Source of the DNA: Alphaproteobacteria bacterium
GTDB lineage: Bacteria > Pseudomonadota > Alphaproteobacteria > UBA7879
Direction: 5' to 3'
DNA: 64,000 nt
Assembly: GCA_965178295.1 (NCBI GenBank)
Contig: CBCXTT010000003.1
Coordinates: 24,114 to 88,113 of the forward strand
Notes under the pieces: model-generated
The model's input: the letters and a program-made list of their open reading frames with translations, nothing else
Told to the model about the DNA's origin: nothing
Databases searched by the model: none
Shown: piece by piece, positions 18,269 to 29,760 of the stretch
How the letters are laid out: each line of letters begins with the position of its first letter
Position numbering within the stretch: position 1 is the stretch's first letter
Program-made: the position numbers and the translations under genes

Positions 18269-18979
18269 GTGATGATCGTCATTTATAGTGGCATTGGCGT
18301 TGGACAGTTTTCTTTATACCATGTGCAAAGAATGTGCGCTGCCTTGTTCCCGAATGTGACGCAAATACTTGCTACAGCCCATCATATTCAAAAAGGCTGT
18401 CTCAAAAATGCTCGTCTTTTTATCATGCCAGGTGGTGCTGATATGCAGTACATGCAGGCACTGTCTGGGTCTGGGAACGCGCACATTAAGGACTTTGTCT
18501 ATAGTGGAGGAACATATTTAGGTATTTGTGCTGGAAGCTATTATGCCGCACGCGATATTAGGTGGGCCGTTGGGACAGCTGATGAAATTATTGAAAAGCG
18601 CGAATTGGAATTTTATGGCGGCACAGTAGTCGGCCCTATGTACTCACCTTATGACTCCCATTCTTTGAAGGGTGTTCGTGTGGTTAAGATTGATGTGCAT
18701 TGGCAGATCATCCCTCTTTACTATAATGGCGGAGGATATTTCATGGAACCGAAATCTAAAAATGAAAAAATCATTGGGATATATACACCAGAAAAGTACT
18801 CTGCTCTCGTGGATAGAGCGATAGGAATTGGTCGTTCCGTGTTAAGCGGGGTTCATTTAGAAGTAGATCCGTACATGTTGGATGTAAAAAAGCAAGCTTT
18901 TTCTGCTATTGCTCCTGTATTAAAAAAGCACAACGATGAACGCCTGCAGTTTCTCCATGGGTTAAAATTGCTGGATTAG
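18269..18979 (+). CDS. BPL_N-like / class-I glutamine-amidotransferase-like domain protein
   Basis: LFIMPGGADMQYMQ...GGTYLGICAGSYYA resembles the biotin-protein-ligase N-terminal (GATase1-like) fold. Standalone, 236 aa. Confidence 0.5.
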   Translation: MMIVIYSGIGVGQFSLYHVQRMCAALFPNVTQILATAHHIQKGCLKNARLFIMPGGADMQYMQALSGSGNAHIKDFVYSGGTYLGICAGSYYAARDIRWAVGTADEIIEKRELEFYGGTVVGPMYSPYDSHSLKGVRVVKIDVHWQIIPLYYNGGGYFMEPKSKNEKIIGIYTPEKYSALVDRAIGIGRSVLSGVHLEVDPYMLDVKKQAFSAIAPVLKKHNDERLQFLHGLKLLD

Positions 18980-19926
18980 CACAAGCCTTGACCCATCTTT
19001 AAAAACTTATTGCGGCGCTGGTAGTAAAGCTCATCGCCCCGCATTTTTTGTATAGTAGTAAGAGTATTTTCCAAAATATCTCCGATTGTGCCTATGGCGG
19101 ATTTGTGGTCTCGATGCGCTCCACCTAGCGGCTCTGGGACAATTTGATCTATTATCTTTAAGCGCATCAGGTCTTGGGCTGTGAGTTTTTGTGCTGCTGC
19201 GGCATGTTTCTTCATGTCTGCATTGCGCCACAAAATAGAGGCACATCCTTCCGGGGAAATGACAGAATAGACAGCATATTCCATCATAAGGACTGCATTC
19301 GAGGCCGCAATGGCAATCGCCCCCCCAGAGCCACCTTCACCTAAGACTAATGTGACCACAGGTACTTTTAAGCCTAAACTCACATCCATAGAGCGTGCAA
19401 TAGCTTCAGCTTGACCACGTTCTTCGGCATCAAGTCCAGGGTATGCGCCAGATGTATCCACCACAGTCAAAACAGGAAGCTGGTAATGATCGGCCAGTTT
19501 CATGAGACGCTGTGCTTTTCGGTATCCTTCGGGACGTGGCATGCCAAAATTGTGTCGCATTCGTGTTTCGGTGTCATGACCTTTTTCCTGTCCAATAAAG
19601 ACAGCACTTACCCCCCTAAAGGACCCAAGTCCACCAACGATTGCGGGGTCGTCCCCAAACACTCTATCACCTGCAAGCGGTACAAAATCTTTCACCAGCT
19701 CATTTAAGAGGTGCCTATAGTGGGGGCGTTCAGGATGGCGGGCAACTTGCACTACTTGCCACGGGGTCAATTTTTCATAGATAGTCTTGAGTAGGCGATC
19801 GCGCTTTCTTTGCAAGCTGGAAATATCTTGCATAATATTCAGCCCATTATGGCTCGTCATGTGCTGCAGCTCTCCAATCTTTTGGTCAAGCGCATGCACC
19901 TGTTGTTCGAAATCCAAATGCTGCAT
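18976..19926 (-). CDS. accA: Acetyl-CoA carboxylase carboxyltransferase alpha subunit
   Basis: Full-length AccA similarity (LTPWQVVQVARHPERP..., GGSGGAIAIA...). The ORF track start at 19953 is likely an upstream extension; the ATG at 19926 (MQHLDFEQQ) fits the family N-terminus. Confidence 0.9.
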   Translation of the reverse strand: MQHLDFEQQVHALDQKIGELQHMTSHNGLNIMQDISSLQRKRDRLLKTIYEKLTPWQVVQVARHPERPHYRHLLNELVKDFVPLAGDRVFGDDPAIVGGLGSFRGVSAVFIGQEKGHDTETRMRHNFGMPRPEGYRKAQRLMKLADHYQLPVLTVVDTSGAYPGLDAEERGQAEAIARSMDVSLGLKVPVVTLVLGEGGSGGAIAIAASNAVLMMEYAVYSVISPEGCASILWRNADMKKHAAAAQKLTAQDLMRLKIIDQIVPEPLGGAHRDHKSAIGTIGDILENTLTTIQKMRGDELYYQRRNKFLKMGQGLC

Positions 19927-22246
19927 AACATTAATCCTTATATTCACGAACACATGTATACATATATGTCTATTACTTGACGATATTTGTCAAGATTGAG
20001 TTGAGAAGAGTTATATGCAATTGAGTCAGTCTACCTGCCTAGGATATTAGTCTACAGAATAAGAAATGCACTCTATGAATTCATGGAAGAGTTTCTTGTG
20101 AGGAATGCATTCCTACTTCTTTTGCGCTTGATCGTCTCAATCCTTTTTTGGTCTTTGGCAGAACAGAAAAAACTTCTATAGAGTGACAGTGTCACAAAAG
20201 TGCTAATATTCTTAGTGTGTATATGTCATTCCGCGCGTTATAAGTGATTTGGCGCACGAAACGCTAAAAATAACAATTAGCTTGTGATTTTTTGAAGAGG
20301 AAATACGTGCAACGTATCTGTTAATAATGGATTATGTTCATTACATCTTGTAAGGAATCGTTTGTGGCTGAGCAATAGAAAAAGCACCGAAGAACATGAA
20401 AAATGGACGCCTCACTGGAATCGAAATCGCAGCATAGACACCTTCAAGAGACAGAGTAGAAAGGAAATTTAATAAAACTTTACAATTGTGATGATAGTGT
20501 CATGGCCGACAACAGGAGAGGGGGGAGGAGAGGTGCGGGTCACTCAGGAAAAGCTTTGGACAGCGAATATAAGGGGAATCTGTACACACATTACATAGCC
20601 TGAGCTCGACACTCAATAGATTCATTCATTTGGTTTCGCTGCACCTGAGGCGCTAACGTCAGTAGGCACAAATTTAAGCGCAACGATAAGAAGAACACAC
20701 CTTCATCAGATAGTAGGATTGTGCAGTGAGCCTCCCCACTTTTGAGTGTCATCATAACGCAATCAGCAATTAAACAATATATGCGTAGCCTCGTATTACT
20801 GAGATCAAGTAACACCATAAGCAGATTTCTGTAGATGCAGGGTGAATCCTTAAAAAGTTGTCTGCGGGATCAAGAAATTATAATGCTCCTTAGAGAGAGT
20901 GTAAGCACAGTCTAATATCTTCACGTGTCTTACAATCCGCTTGAACCACTTTCCACTAAAGAAGAATATCTTGGTCAGAAGGAATTCTTTAAAACATTGC
21001 TTCTCCCTACATTCCTAGCATTAAAAAACCCAATATCTGTTTACAATCCTAACCCCCCCTTGTGCATTGGACGCGCACGGCCACTGTACATCCCCATGAT
21101 GAGATTTGTGTGGTATCAAAATGCGTAGACACTTCTTGTGTACATATGCTGCACGCATTTATATGCAACAGAAAGTTGTGAGCATGCCCGTGAATATACC
21201 TATTATTCTACTACCGTAGAGGAATGTGTCAGAACCTCATCTTTTGTTGGAGAGATGATATATAAATTAGTTCATAGGTTTTCTTGCTCTCTGTGCTTCA
21301 TGCCAGCACAATAAAAAGTCTTTATCTCAAAACGTGGTGCTATGTGAATGCATAAAAATCATCGGGAAAGTACGCAAAGCAATAAGCATATTCTATATGT
21401 CACGCGCACATGGAGCGCAAGTATTATTATTCACGGTAACGCGTTGCTACCTGCAAAATATCACACAATTTTCCACGCCCTACTTTTATTGTCCGTCAGA
21501 TGCAACAGTCTTGAGAGATACACTGATATGTAAGTTAAAAAACATGAGCCGCATGTATACACTAAACACACGCACCTATTGCAGGCGTGGAGCGGGCGGC
21601 GTTTGTGCAATGTGCACCTGAACTGGGCAGAAGTGAATGGAGGGATGCGTCGTACACTGCGCAACGCATTATACAGCCCGCCCTTTCTCCGATCATCACT
21701 AGGCCCGCATTGGATGACCATATGAAATTGCGCAAGAAGTACAACGGCATTTTCTGTCACGAGACAAGGATGTAGAGCATTCAAAATCGAGCGTTCATCA
21801 GATCGACGTTTGGTGACAGCATAACATTGATGTATCAGGAAACGACCCAGGAGTAGGCAGGGAAAAACATATATTGCCATTATGGGGTGAGGACTCTAAT
21901 AATGATTCGGGAATTTATGGTCATGTATTTGAGTATTAGTGCAGAGCGTTTCTCGGTCGCAAATTTCTAGGTAGCATATAAGTAAAAAAGTAAAATGTAT
22001 GGTGTATTTAGTTCTTATGATTGATATAACGTTGTGATATATTGTAATGAACATGAAGGTTATGCGTAGTACTCTCTGCTCGAATTTTTCTTCTATTGCA
22101 TAGAATCGTTTGTACCAGTAGATGAGTGAGATGGATGTTTGGAATCAAGCGATCATGCATGGACTTACTGTTTCCCTGCCCCTGGTAGATTGTTTTATGG
22201 ACAAACACCTGTTACTATACACCCATAATAATATGGAGGCTACAGC

Positions 22247-22786
22247 ATGCACGTCGCACTTTTTTTGATTTCTTTTTTACCTTCTATCGCCCTGAATGCA
22301 GGGGGGTGGGGCACAGATAATCGTGTCGGCGAGAGAGCTGTGAGTCAACGGAATGCACCACCGACACTGCAAACTGCGCATGCGGAGTGTCGTATCTGGC
22401 AGCGTCTGCAACAAAAAATAAACAGTGGAAAAATCACACTTGACCCAGATGCGGAGAAGCTTTTAGAGGGTGTAATGGATAGCTGTTCGGATATCAATGA
22501 GACATATACACAAACGACGCGCGCTCTTAATCATTACAATGCCGATGTCAATGACATTTTAGTGGGGCAAGATCCCGATCAACAAATTTTGAGGCAAACC
22601 TATAATAATTTTTCAGATGATGCGCTTGGTCGGACTCGGGCGTCCCCAGCTAGAGCTCAGGGGATTGCGCAAGGAAGCAGTCGTATCGCACGGCAAGACA
22701 CAACTAATAATAGAAGTGATCTTCTGGACCGGCAAATGGAAAGAGTAGGAGCAAAGGTGTTAAATAATTTTCTGAGTACGGTATAA
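22247..22786 (+). CDS. Hypothetical secreted protein (179 aa, signal peptide)
   Basis: N-terminal signal-like segment MHVALFLISFLPSIALNAGG. No family recognised. Confidence 0.4.
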   Translation: MHVALFLISFLPSIALNAGGWGTDNRVGERAVSQRNAPPTLQTAHAECRIWQRLQQKINSGKITLDPDAEKLLEGVMDSCSDINETYTQTTRALNHYNADVNDILVGQDPDQQILRQTYNNFSDDALGRTRASPARAQGIAQGSSRIARQDTTNNRSDLLDRQMERVGAKVLNNFLSTV

Positions 22787-23730
22787 CTAGAACGCTCGGA
22801 TTGAGTACACACCTGGAATGTCAGAGAAGAATTCCAGCACTGTGCCCTGAAGGAGAGGGGGGTGCTGGTGTTGAAAGTGCTCCTCCCAGTGCAGTCGCCC
22901 TCTTTTTCTTTTGGTGTAGCAACAGACTTATCCAGAGTGTGTTGTCGAATCAATCTATTTATTGTTCATGTCACACAAACATAAGCCCACCTGCGTTTAC
23001 AATAGAGTCCGGCGGCATACACTGAAACAACTCAGTAGTTGGCGGTTATGTCATGATAATGATCTTGTGAACAGATATTACTCACATTGAGAAGAGACCG
23101 CATTATTGTGCCGAGTGCATACGGAGCATAATTTTCCGCTTTTCTTTTGTATAGGTTACGCTTTCTGAAAGCGGTGTGGCATTAATCATCCTAAGGTAGG
23201 AGGATTGCGGGGGGCACAGTGCATATGCTGTTGATATTGCACGAGGCTTTTTAAAACAAGGGGGGAGAGAGGGATTACTGAGCCCCACGATGTTGTTGGG
23301 TGCGGTGTTTGGTGAGTAAGGTGGTATATCGTCTGCATTCACACCAACTCTTCAGCTATCGCACATCAGTCATCTACGCTATTCATAAACCACCCGATCT
23401 CATAGAACATTTCTTCTGTTTTTTTATACATCCCGTGGATTTGTCAAGACACTCATTTTCCACCATCTGGGTCTAGCTAGGGTTGAGAGAGTGGATTGAT
23501 ATGTTATATTAAAAGGGAAGGGGTCGCGAGCAAACTCATACACAGCTTCTGATTCTATGTGGGTACAAAATCCCTTATAAACGACATCCATCAAGAAGCG
23601 GGGGGGGGGGCTAGTCTATGTTGTGAATGGCAGGAATTTTCTTTCGATCTAGTTTGGGATCACAGAAACAAGCACTGCTTCGTACCGACCAACATCATGA
23701 GTTCTAAGCTATACTCATGAATCGCTCCTA

Positions 23731-24795
23731 TTAGACCGTCATCTGTTTAAGAGACAGCATGTGCGCCCCACCGCGCCCCTTTTTTTTCGCAGTAAGCACA
23801 GGCCTAATAGTGCGATGCAAGCGCTTTAATCGCACCATGGCGGTCGTTAAAGAGCTCCGTGCATCTTCTGTCAGATCAGGATGTGTAAGCATGTCATTTA
23901 AAAACAGAAATACTTTCTTATATCTATCGTCCATATTTTCTAAGAGCACCTCAGTAAACTTATTGCTTGCGATTATTTGTGAAAATTTTCCTTCAATGTA
24001 GGTGTTAGGCACTAAGTCAAGCAAGCTCAAAAATTCATTAACCGCTAGCTTCTGCACAAAGTAAAGGCTTGCGCGCTCCTTGTCCCAATCTTTTAACAGC
24101 GCAGTCATTCCTGCATCGCCTGTTATGGAAAGGGCCTCAATTTTCTTAAGACGTTCAAATACCTCGGGTGGTTCAGTGTCCTTTGATGCCCCTGTTTCTG
24201 CAATTTTTATAATTTTTCGCATGCGTGGCAAATATTTTGTTTTCACATCACGTGTGAGGGTTTTAGGCGAGTCTGGATGAGCCAGTATTTGGGCGAGAAA
24301 CATTGCAATACCTCTATATGTACCAACATTCTTTGCAAGTATTGCAGTGGGCAGACCGGCTATTTGACGTGCGTCAACGGCGTCCAGAATCGCCTTAATT
24401 TGCCAAGCAGTATGTTGCTCTATTTCTTCTCGCTGCTTGATGATTTTATCAATAGCTTCCCGTGCCGCTTGCTCTGTCCTGGGTTTGTCTGTTACATAGA
24501 TATGTCCATGTTGTTTTTGGGTTATGTGATGCGTTCTTCCCTCTTGGAGACCCCTTTGTTGTGCAGCCTGTTTGCGTGCCTCTTTTTTTTGTTTACGCTG
24601 CTTGCTTATTGCGCGCGTGGTTTCCGATACCATCTGCTGAGATTTTTTTGAGGTGTGAACCGACTGTGTAGTGCTCTCGGGCTGGGTTGCGCTCGTGACT
24701 GGAGAGGATATTCTTCCTTCATTTTTATGTGCTACGGCAGTAGCAATCCAAGCAATACAGGAAAGCGCTACAACATACAATTTTACAAAGCTCAC
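23731..24795 (-). CDS. Hypothetical secreted protein (354 aa) with Lys/Gln-rich low-complexity region
   Basis: Signal peptide MSFVKLYVVALSCIAWIATAVAHK, followed by KQRKQKKEARKQAAQQ low complexity and a helical C-terminal region. No family recognised. Confidence 0.55.
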   Translation of the reverse strand: MSFVKLYVVALSCIAWIATAVAHKNEGRISSPVTSATQPESTTQSVHTSKKSQQMVSETTRAISKQRKQKKEARKQAAQQRGLQEGRTHHITQKQHGHIYVTDKPRTEQAAREAIDKIIKQREEIEQHTAWQIKAILDAVDARQIAGLPTAILAKNVGTYRGIAMFLAQILAHPDSPKTLTRDVKTKYLPRMRKIIKIAETGASKDTEPPEVFERLKKIEALSITGDAGMTALLKDWDKERASLYFVQKLAVNEFLSLLDLVPNTYIEGKFSQIIASNKFTEVLLENMDDRYKKVFLFLNDMLTHPDLTEDARSSLTTAMVRLKRLHRTIRPVLTAKKKGRGGAHMLSLKQMTV

Positions 24796-24937
24796 AACAG
24801 ATCTCCCCCTAACATGTTTCTATCATCATACCATGCTCCCGTGATCAAAAGCAATGCTGTTGAATAATTAGAGAAACTTTTAAGAAAACGCTGGACGGGA
24901 TCGTCTGAACTATGGTAAGACGTCAACTAACTATTAA

Positions 24938-25015
<78 letters not shown>

Positions 25016-25284
25016 AGTTGAGTATTAAGCTATGAAGATTGTAAACTCTTTGAAAACAATAAAAAAACGGGACAAAAACTGTCGTGTAATTCGTAGGTGT
25101 GGACGTGTGTATATCATTAACAAGCTGAAACCACGTTTTAAAGCGCGTCAAGGATAATCCGCCGTGGGATGCCTTTTTCTTAGAGGACGCTTCTTTTGTT
25201 TCTAATATTTTCTACAAAACCCCTGTACATGACCAATGGGATTGCGTTACTTTTTCTGGAGCACTGATTTTATCTGGAGGTGAT

Positions 25285-26511
25285 GTGTCTACCCTAAAAT
25301 CTATCATTGCGCCTCTAATAAGCATGCTCTTCTGTATGATGGCAAATGGTTTTTTTGCAACGCTTATGGGCGTTCGAATCAAAGAGCTTGGCCTGAGTAA
25401 TATGATGATTGGCCTTATAACAGCGTCTTTCTATGCGGGCATAATACTGGGTTCTTTTAAAGTAGAACGTTTTATTAAACACGTGGGCTACATTAGAGCC
25501 TATATGGGCTACGCAGCAGTGTGTACACTTTTTACGCTCCTGCAAGGCTTTTACCTCGAAGATCCTTGGACATCTGTTGTGATGAGATTTTTTGTGGGGT
25601 ATTGCATTGGTGGATTTTTTATCACATTAGAGGGTTGGGCCATGTGCGTTACGACCACAAAGAACCGTGGGCTTATTATGGCGTTAATGATGATCACGCT
25701 GTATTTAGGTTATTCACTTGGACAATTTTTTATTGCACTCGACATGTCCAATGATCTTGCTGCGTTTAATATTGTAGCGCTTCTTTTAGTGCTGTCTCTG
25801 TTGCCGATGGTTGTGACACGGAGTACGGCGCCAGCAATTAAAGACACTTCGCTTTTAGGGCTTGAAACTCTTTATAAAGCCTCGCCCACGGGTGTGATCG
25901 GGTGCTTCTTAGTGGGGTGTTTAACAGCAACCATTTATGGGATGTTTCCTGTCTTATTTAAGGCACTATCCTACAGTAGCTTTGATATTTCCCTTGCGAT
26001 GTTTTTAGTTGTGTTTGGAGGGATGTTTGGGCAGTATCCATTAGGAAAAATGTCAGATCGTGTAGGGCGTCGACCTATACTTTTGTGGGGCAGTGTTGCA
26101 GCATTAGTACTTTTATTGCTTATTATCCTGCTATATAAATCTTTGAGCGCGCCTCTCCTTGGCCTATTTTTTTTATTTGGCTTTTTCTGTTACCCCATGT
26201 ATCCACTGGTTTTAGCCCATACGTGCGATGTTGTGCAGCCCAAAGATTTTACAGCCGCTATGCAGAGATTGATTTTAGTCTTTGGCACAGGATCTGCTAT
26301 AGCGCCCATTTTTTCTGCAATTATGCTGGATATTTTTGGGAATTTAGGTATTTTATTGACAGTTTTAAACATTTTATTGGCCATGATTACCCTTTTCATT
26401 TGGCGTCACAATATAGACTCACAGATTGCAGTTGATGACCAAAGGAAATTTGAAGGCGTGTTAAGCCCGATGCCGATTACAGGCATTAAGCGCTTTAAAA
26501 ATAAGCGATGA
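25285..26511 (+). CDS. Major facilitator superfamily transporter
   Basis: 408 aa, ~12 TM segments. MFS motif GKMSDRVGRRPILL between TM halves. GTG start directly after GGAGGTGAT. Confidence 0.85.
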   Translation: MSTLKSIIAPLISMLFCMMANGFFATLMGVRIKELGLSNMMIGLITASFYAGIILGSFKVERFIKHVGYIRAYMGYAAVCTLFTLLQGFYLEDPWTSVVMRFFVGYCIGGFFITLEGWAMCVTTTKNRGLIMALMMITLYLGYSLGQFFIALDMSNDLAAFNIVALLLVLSLLPMVVTRSTAPAIKDTSLLGLETLYKASPTGVIGCFLVGCLTATIYGMFPVLFKALSYSSFDISLAMFLVVFGGMFGQYPLGKMSDRVGRRPILLWGSVAALVLLLLIILLYKSLSAPLLGLFFLFGFFCYPMYPLVLAHTCDVVQPKDFTAAMQRLILVFGTGSAIAPIFSAIMLDIFGNLGILLTVLNILLAMITLFIWRHNIDSQIAVDDQRKFEGVLSPMPITGIKRFKNKR

Positions 26512-26939
26512 CCGCTCCCTTACACGCGCGACTATCAGCACTTCTTTTGCTTATGGAAAAATTAGATGCGTGATCTCAATGGATTGCTGTGATGATTTCT
26601 ATCCCCTCCCTGTTTTTTTTGACAAGCATGGGCAGTCGAAGGATATGGAGAATATACGCCTTTTATCCTTTTTGATTCATTCTTATGCTCGCACAGATGG
26701 AGATCCATGTTCTACATAGCTCGCGCGCATATGATTTCTCATGACTTGCATTTTCTATGCATATAAAAAGAGTATGTGAGTTGGCTATTTGATGTATTGA
26801 TCTCTACTAAACAATCCCTCAAAAAACCGGCTGTGGTGCGTGAGGAATAACGCAGAGGCCAATATTTGGGAGTGAATTGATCCTGATCGTTAATAGAGTG
26901 TGTGTGACATCAATATGTGGGATGCTCATAATTGAGCAC

Positions 26940-29030
26940 TTTTAGTGTATCGACGTTTATTGAGTTGATACGGGGGGTAGTAAGTTAAGAATAATAGCTA
27001 TAACGCCTATTAGGAAGAGCGAGAAAAATTCTTCTCCTGTTATGTGTGATGGTCATGGCCCTGTTTCTTTACCGGTTTTGAAAAGGCAACATCCATATAT
27101 TCTTCGCGCTCTTTTTGAACCCTTTTGTCTTCCAGGCGCACGTTTTGGAACTGGAGTGGTATTTTATTGCATCCTCTGCATCGTTTAATCCTGTTGCTGG
27201 CGCGATATAGAGGTACCTGCTCTTATAGAATTCAAAGCATGCGACTCATTATCCAAACACCTATTTTGTATAGGCGCGTGACGTATATCATGGACCGGAC
27301 TGTTTTCAATTGTACTGCTGCAATTTGAGCCACAACCCCTTTCTTGCAGAGCGATATAAAATAGCCATAGTCTCCTTGGTCACTGGATTAGGAATGTTAA
27401 GTTGTACGCTGCTCAAGGAATTAAAATGAAAAGGTCATCATAGCCACATGGCGCATCAAAGACCTTTATCGCTGAATCTACAAATGCATAAACCGCAACT
27501 TACCTATCTACTTACCTACCTATTATGTATTTTTACACCGTATGACATGGGGGTGTGTATCGTTCATTCGGGATTTTGGTGTTTTGTTGGTTGTGCGTGC
27601 TACTGGAGGATGTAATGCTCATAAATATGCTGCATACAATATTTTGGCGCTCTTGTGCTACAGTAGACTGCACAGGACATGATATTGTGCATACACTTAC
27701 CAAACAATCTATCAAACAACAGATTTAGTTCTTTATTGAGCATTGCGCCCTTGATTTAAGTATGGATAAAGATTGCGTATGTCGCGGTTGGGTAGTACGT
27801 GGAATCTTGAAGACGGTATCTTGCAATCCATTGCGTTCAAGAACACCCAGTCGTTCTAAAAACATGGGGGAGTATGATGTGGTATGGACGCGCCTGTTTA
27901 TACTGTATATACATGCAAGGGAGATGGAAATGCTATGCTTTTGCGGTCAGGACTTTTGCTTCAGGGCTGCGAATGTATGCAATTTCACCTATCTGGAATT
28001 TATGGGTTTGGATGGTTGATTTCAGAAGGTGCGCGTGGCAAGGAAGAGGGTATACCTTCACCAACTCTTAAGGCGAACGGTTTATGGCGTGATATGGACC
28101 ATCTGCCAACGGTCTAGCATATCGAGATGTCATGAGTCGTGCTATGGCAATTGAAATGCAAGAAGGACGAGATTTTTGGCCTGGAAAAGATCATATCCTG
28201 GTTACATCGTGCGTATCTCTCCCCAACGTTGTTGGAAGAGCAGGTTACCTGGTATTTCTGAAAAAGCTAAAATTTTGCAGGCGCTGCTGTAGCGCGTGAA
28301 CCAATCCCTTGTGTTGCCAATATTGTATTATAACATGTGGGGTGTGCCAATAAACTCTCATGGAGAGAAGTGCTGAATCCAGAAAAATTAGATATAGAGG
28401 CATTGGTTCCGAGTTTACTGGAAATTGGAGAAACTGCATGTGTGCCTATTCATGGAGCGAATCGCGTGGGTGTAAACTCTTGAGTTGATCTTGTGGTTTT
28501 GGGCGTGCCGTGGGCTATGGCTGCAAAGGCAATCCACATGACATCTCTATGGGGGTGTCACAACACCCAGAGTTGACCCCCGATGCAATGGTTAACACGC
28601 CATACACAGACTAGATATAATGTGGTACTCAAAGGGTGCAGAAAGTGTTCATGATATCCGCTTTTCCATGCACAAGGTTATGCCGCAGAATTGTGCTGTT
28701 TTTAGAGATGCGTATATGCTCCAGAAAGAGTGCGAAGAACTTGCGAAAGTCCTTGCACGTATGAAACGCGTGCACGGAATACGGATCTGGTGGAAGTCCT
28801 CGATCTTGAGAATTTGATGGTGCAGTCGTTGGTGACGATACATAGCGCGCTTGGAAATTCGTGGCGTTCATGCCCACGCAGATTGCAGAGTAGCGATGAC
28901 GAGCATTAGCTAACGCATACATAACATGGATTGATGCGGCAGGAAACGTAAGTCGACCCGTGCCATTCAAAAAGGCCGGTACTTTCCAGGATTTGAGCGC
29001 ACGATAAACATTATAAAAGGTGCATATATA
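26940..29030 (+). pseudogene. sdhA: Succinate dehydrogenase flavoprotein subunit (sdhA) relic, broken by frameshifts and stops
   Basis: SdhA-like pieces spread across frames: VDTGGSKLRIIAI (cf. VGAGGAGLRAA), LPVLKRQHPY (cf. LSKVFPTRSHT), ELEWY (cf. NWEWHMY), DCTGHDIVHTL (cf. DRTGHALLHTL), RDVMSRAMAIEMQEGRDFWPGKDHI (cf. RDVVSRAMTIEIREGRG..KDHI), ILYYNMWGVP (cf. TVHYNMGGIP). Only ORFs <=152 aa are present. Confidence 0.65.
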
Positions 29031-29032
29031 AG

Positions 29033-29760
29033 TTGCATATATATCGTTACGACTCAGTCTTAGGAGACAATCCACTATTGGATACATATGAAGTCGACCG
29101 CGATATGTGCGGTCTTATGATGTTGGATCTTGTCATAAAAATCAAAAATGAGATTGATCCAACGTTAACGTTTTGGTCGGCTCATGTCGTGAGGGGATTT
29201 TCGGTAGTTGTGCTATGAATATCGATGGTATTAATATTTTAGTCTGCATTACTCCTATAGAAAGCCTTCAAGGAGGAGGTTAAGATTTATCCCTTGTCAC
29301 ACTACCATAATATGCCCATCATGAAGTACTTGGTTCTGGACTTGACCTTGACCCTGGCCTTATGTGCAATATGCCTCTATGCAGCCGTGGTTAAGAAGTA
29401 ATACATTATCCTGCCGGAGATCGTTCAAGCCTTCAAAGCCCAGAAGAACGGCAAAAATAGGATAGTCTTTGGGAGGGGGGTGCATTTTACGTTTCGCCTG
29501 TTTTACAAGTTGTCCTAATTACTGGTGGAGTGGTGGTGGATATTTAGCCCCGCACCATTTTTCTTCAGTCCTGTCGTTGACTGCAAGATCCATGTGCTGA
29601 TCATACGGGGGAGTGCTTAGATGCATTGGAAGATTCTTTTAACTATACCATATGTCATACGATTATGCACTGTACAAAAACATGTCCGTAAGGGTTGAAT
29701 CCCGCACAAGCTATCTTAGAGACAAAAAATGCTCGCGGAACGACACTAGTCCTGTTTGTA
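29033..29760 (+). pseudogene. sdhB: Succinate dehydrogenase iron-sulfur subunit (sdhB) relic with frameshifts
   Basis: [46 protein letters not shown] (cf. [43 protein letters not shown]), then stop. [16 protein letters not shown] in another frame. CPNYWWSGGGYLAP (cf. CPSYWWNGDRYLGP). [23 protein letters not shown] (cf. [23 protein letters not shown]). Confidence 0.7.

Noticed and set aside
27490-27530. CTTACCTA-like tandem repeat (acttacctatctacttacctacctatt) as a CRISPR or repeat feature
   Set aside because: It has three imperfect copies without spacers and lies inside the sdhA relic. It is not CRISPR-like.
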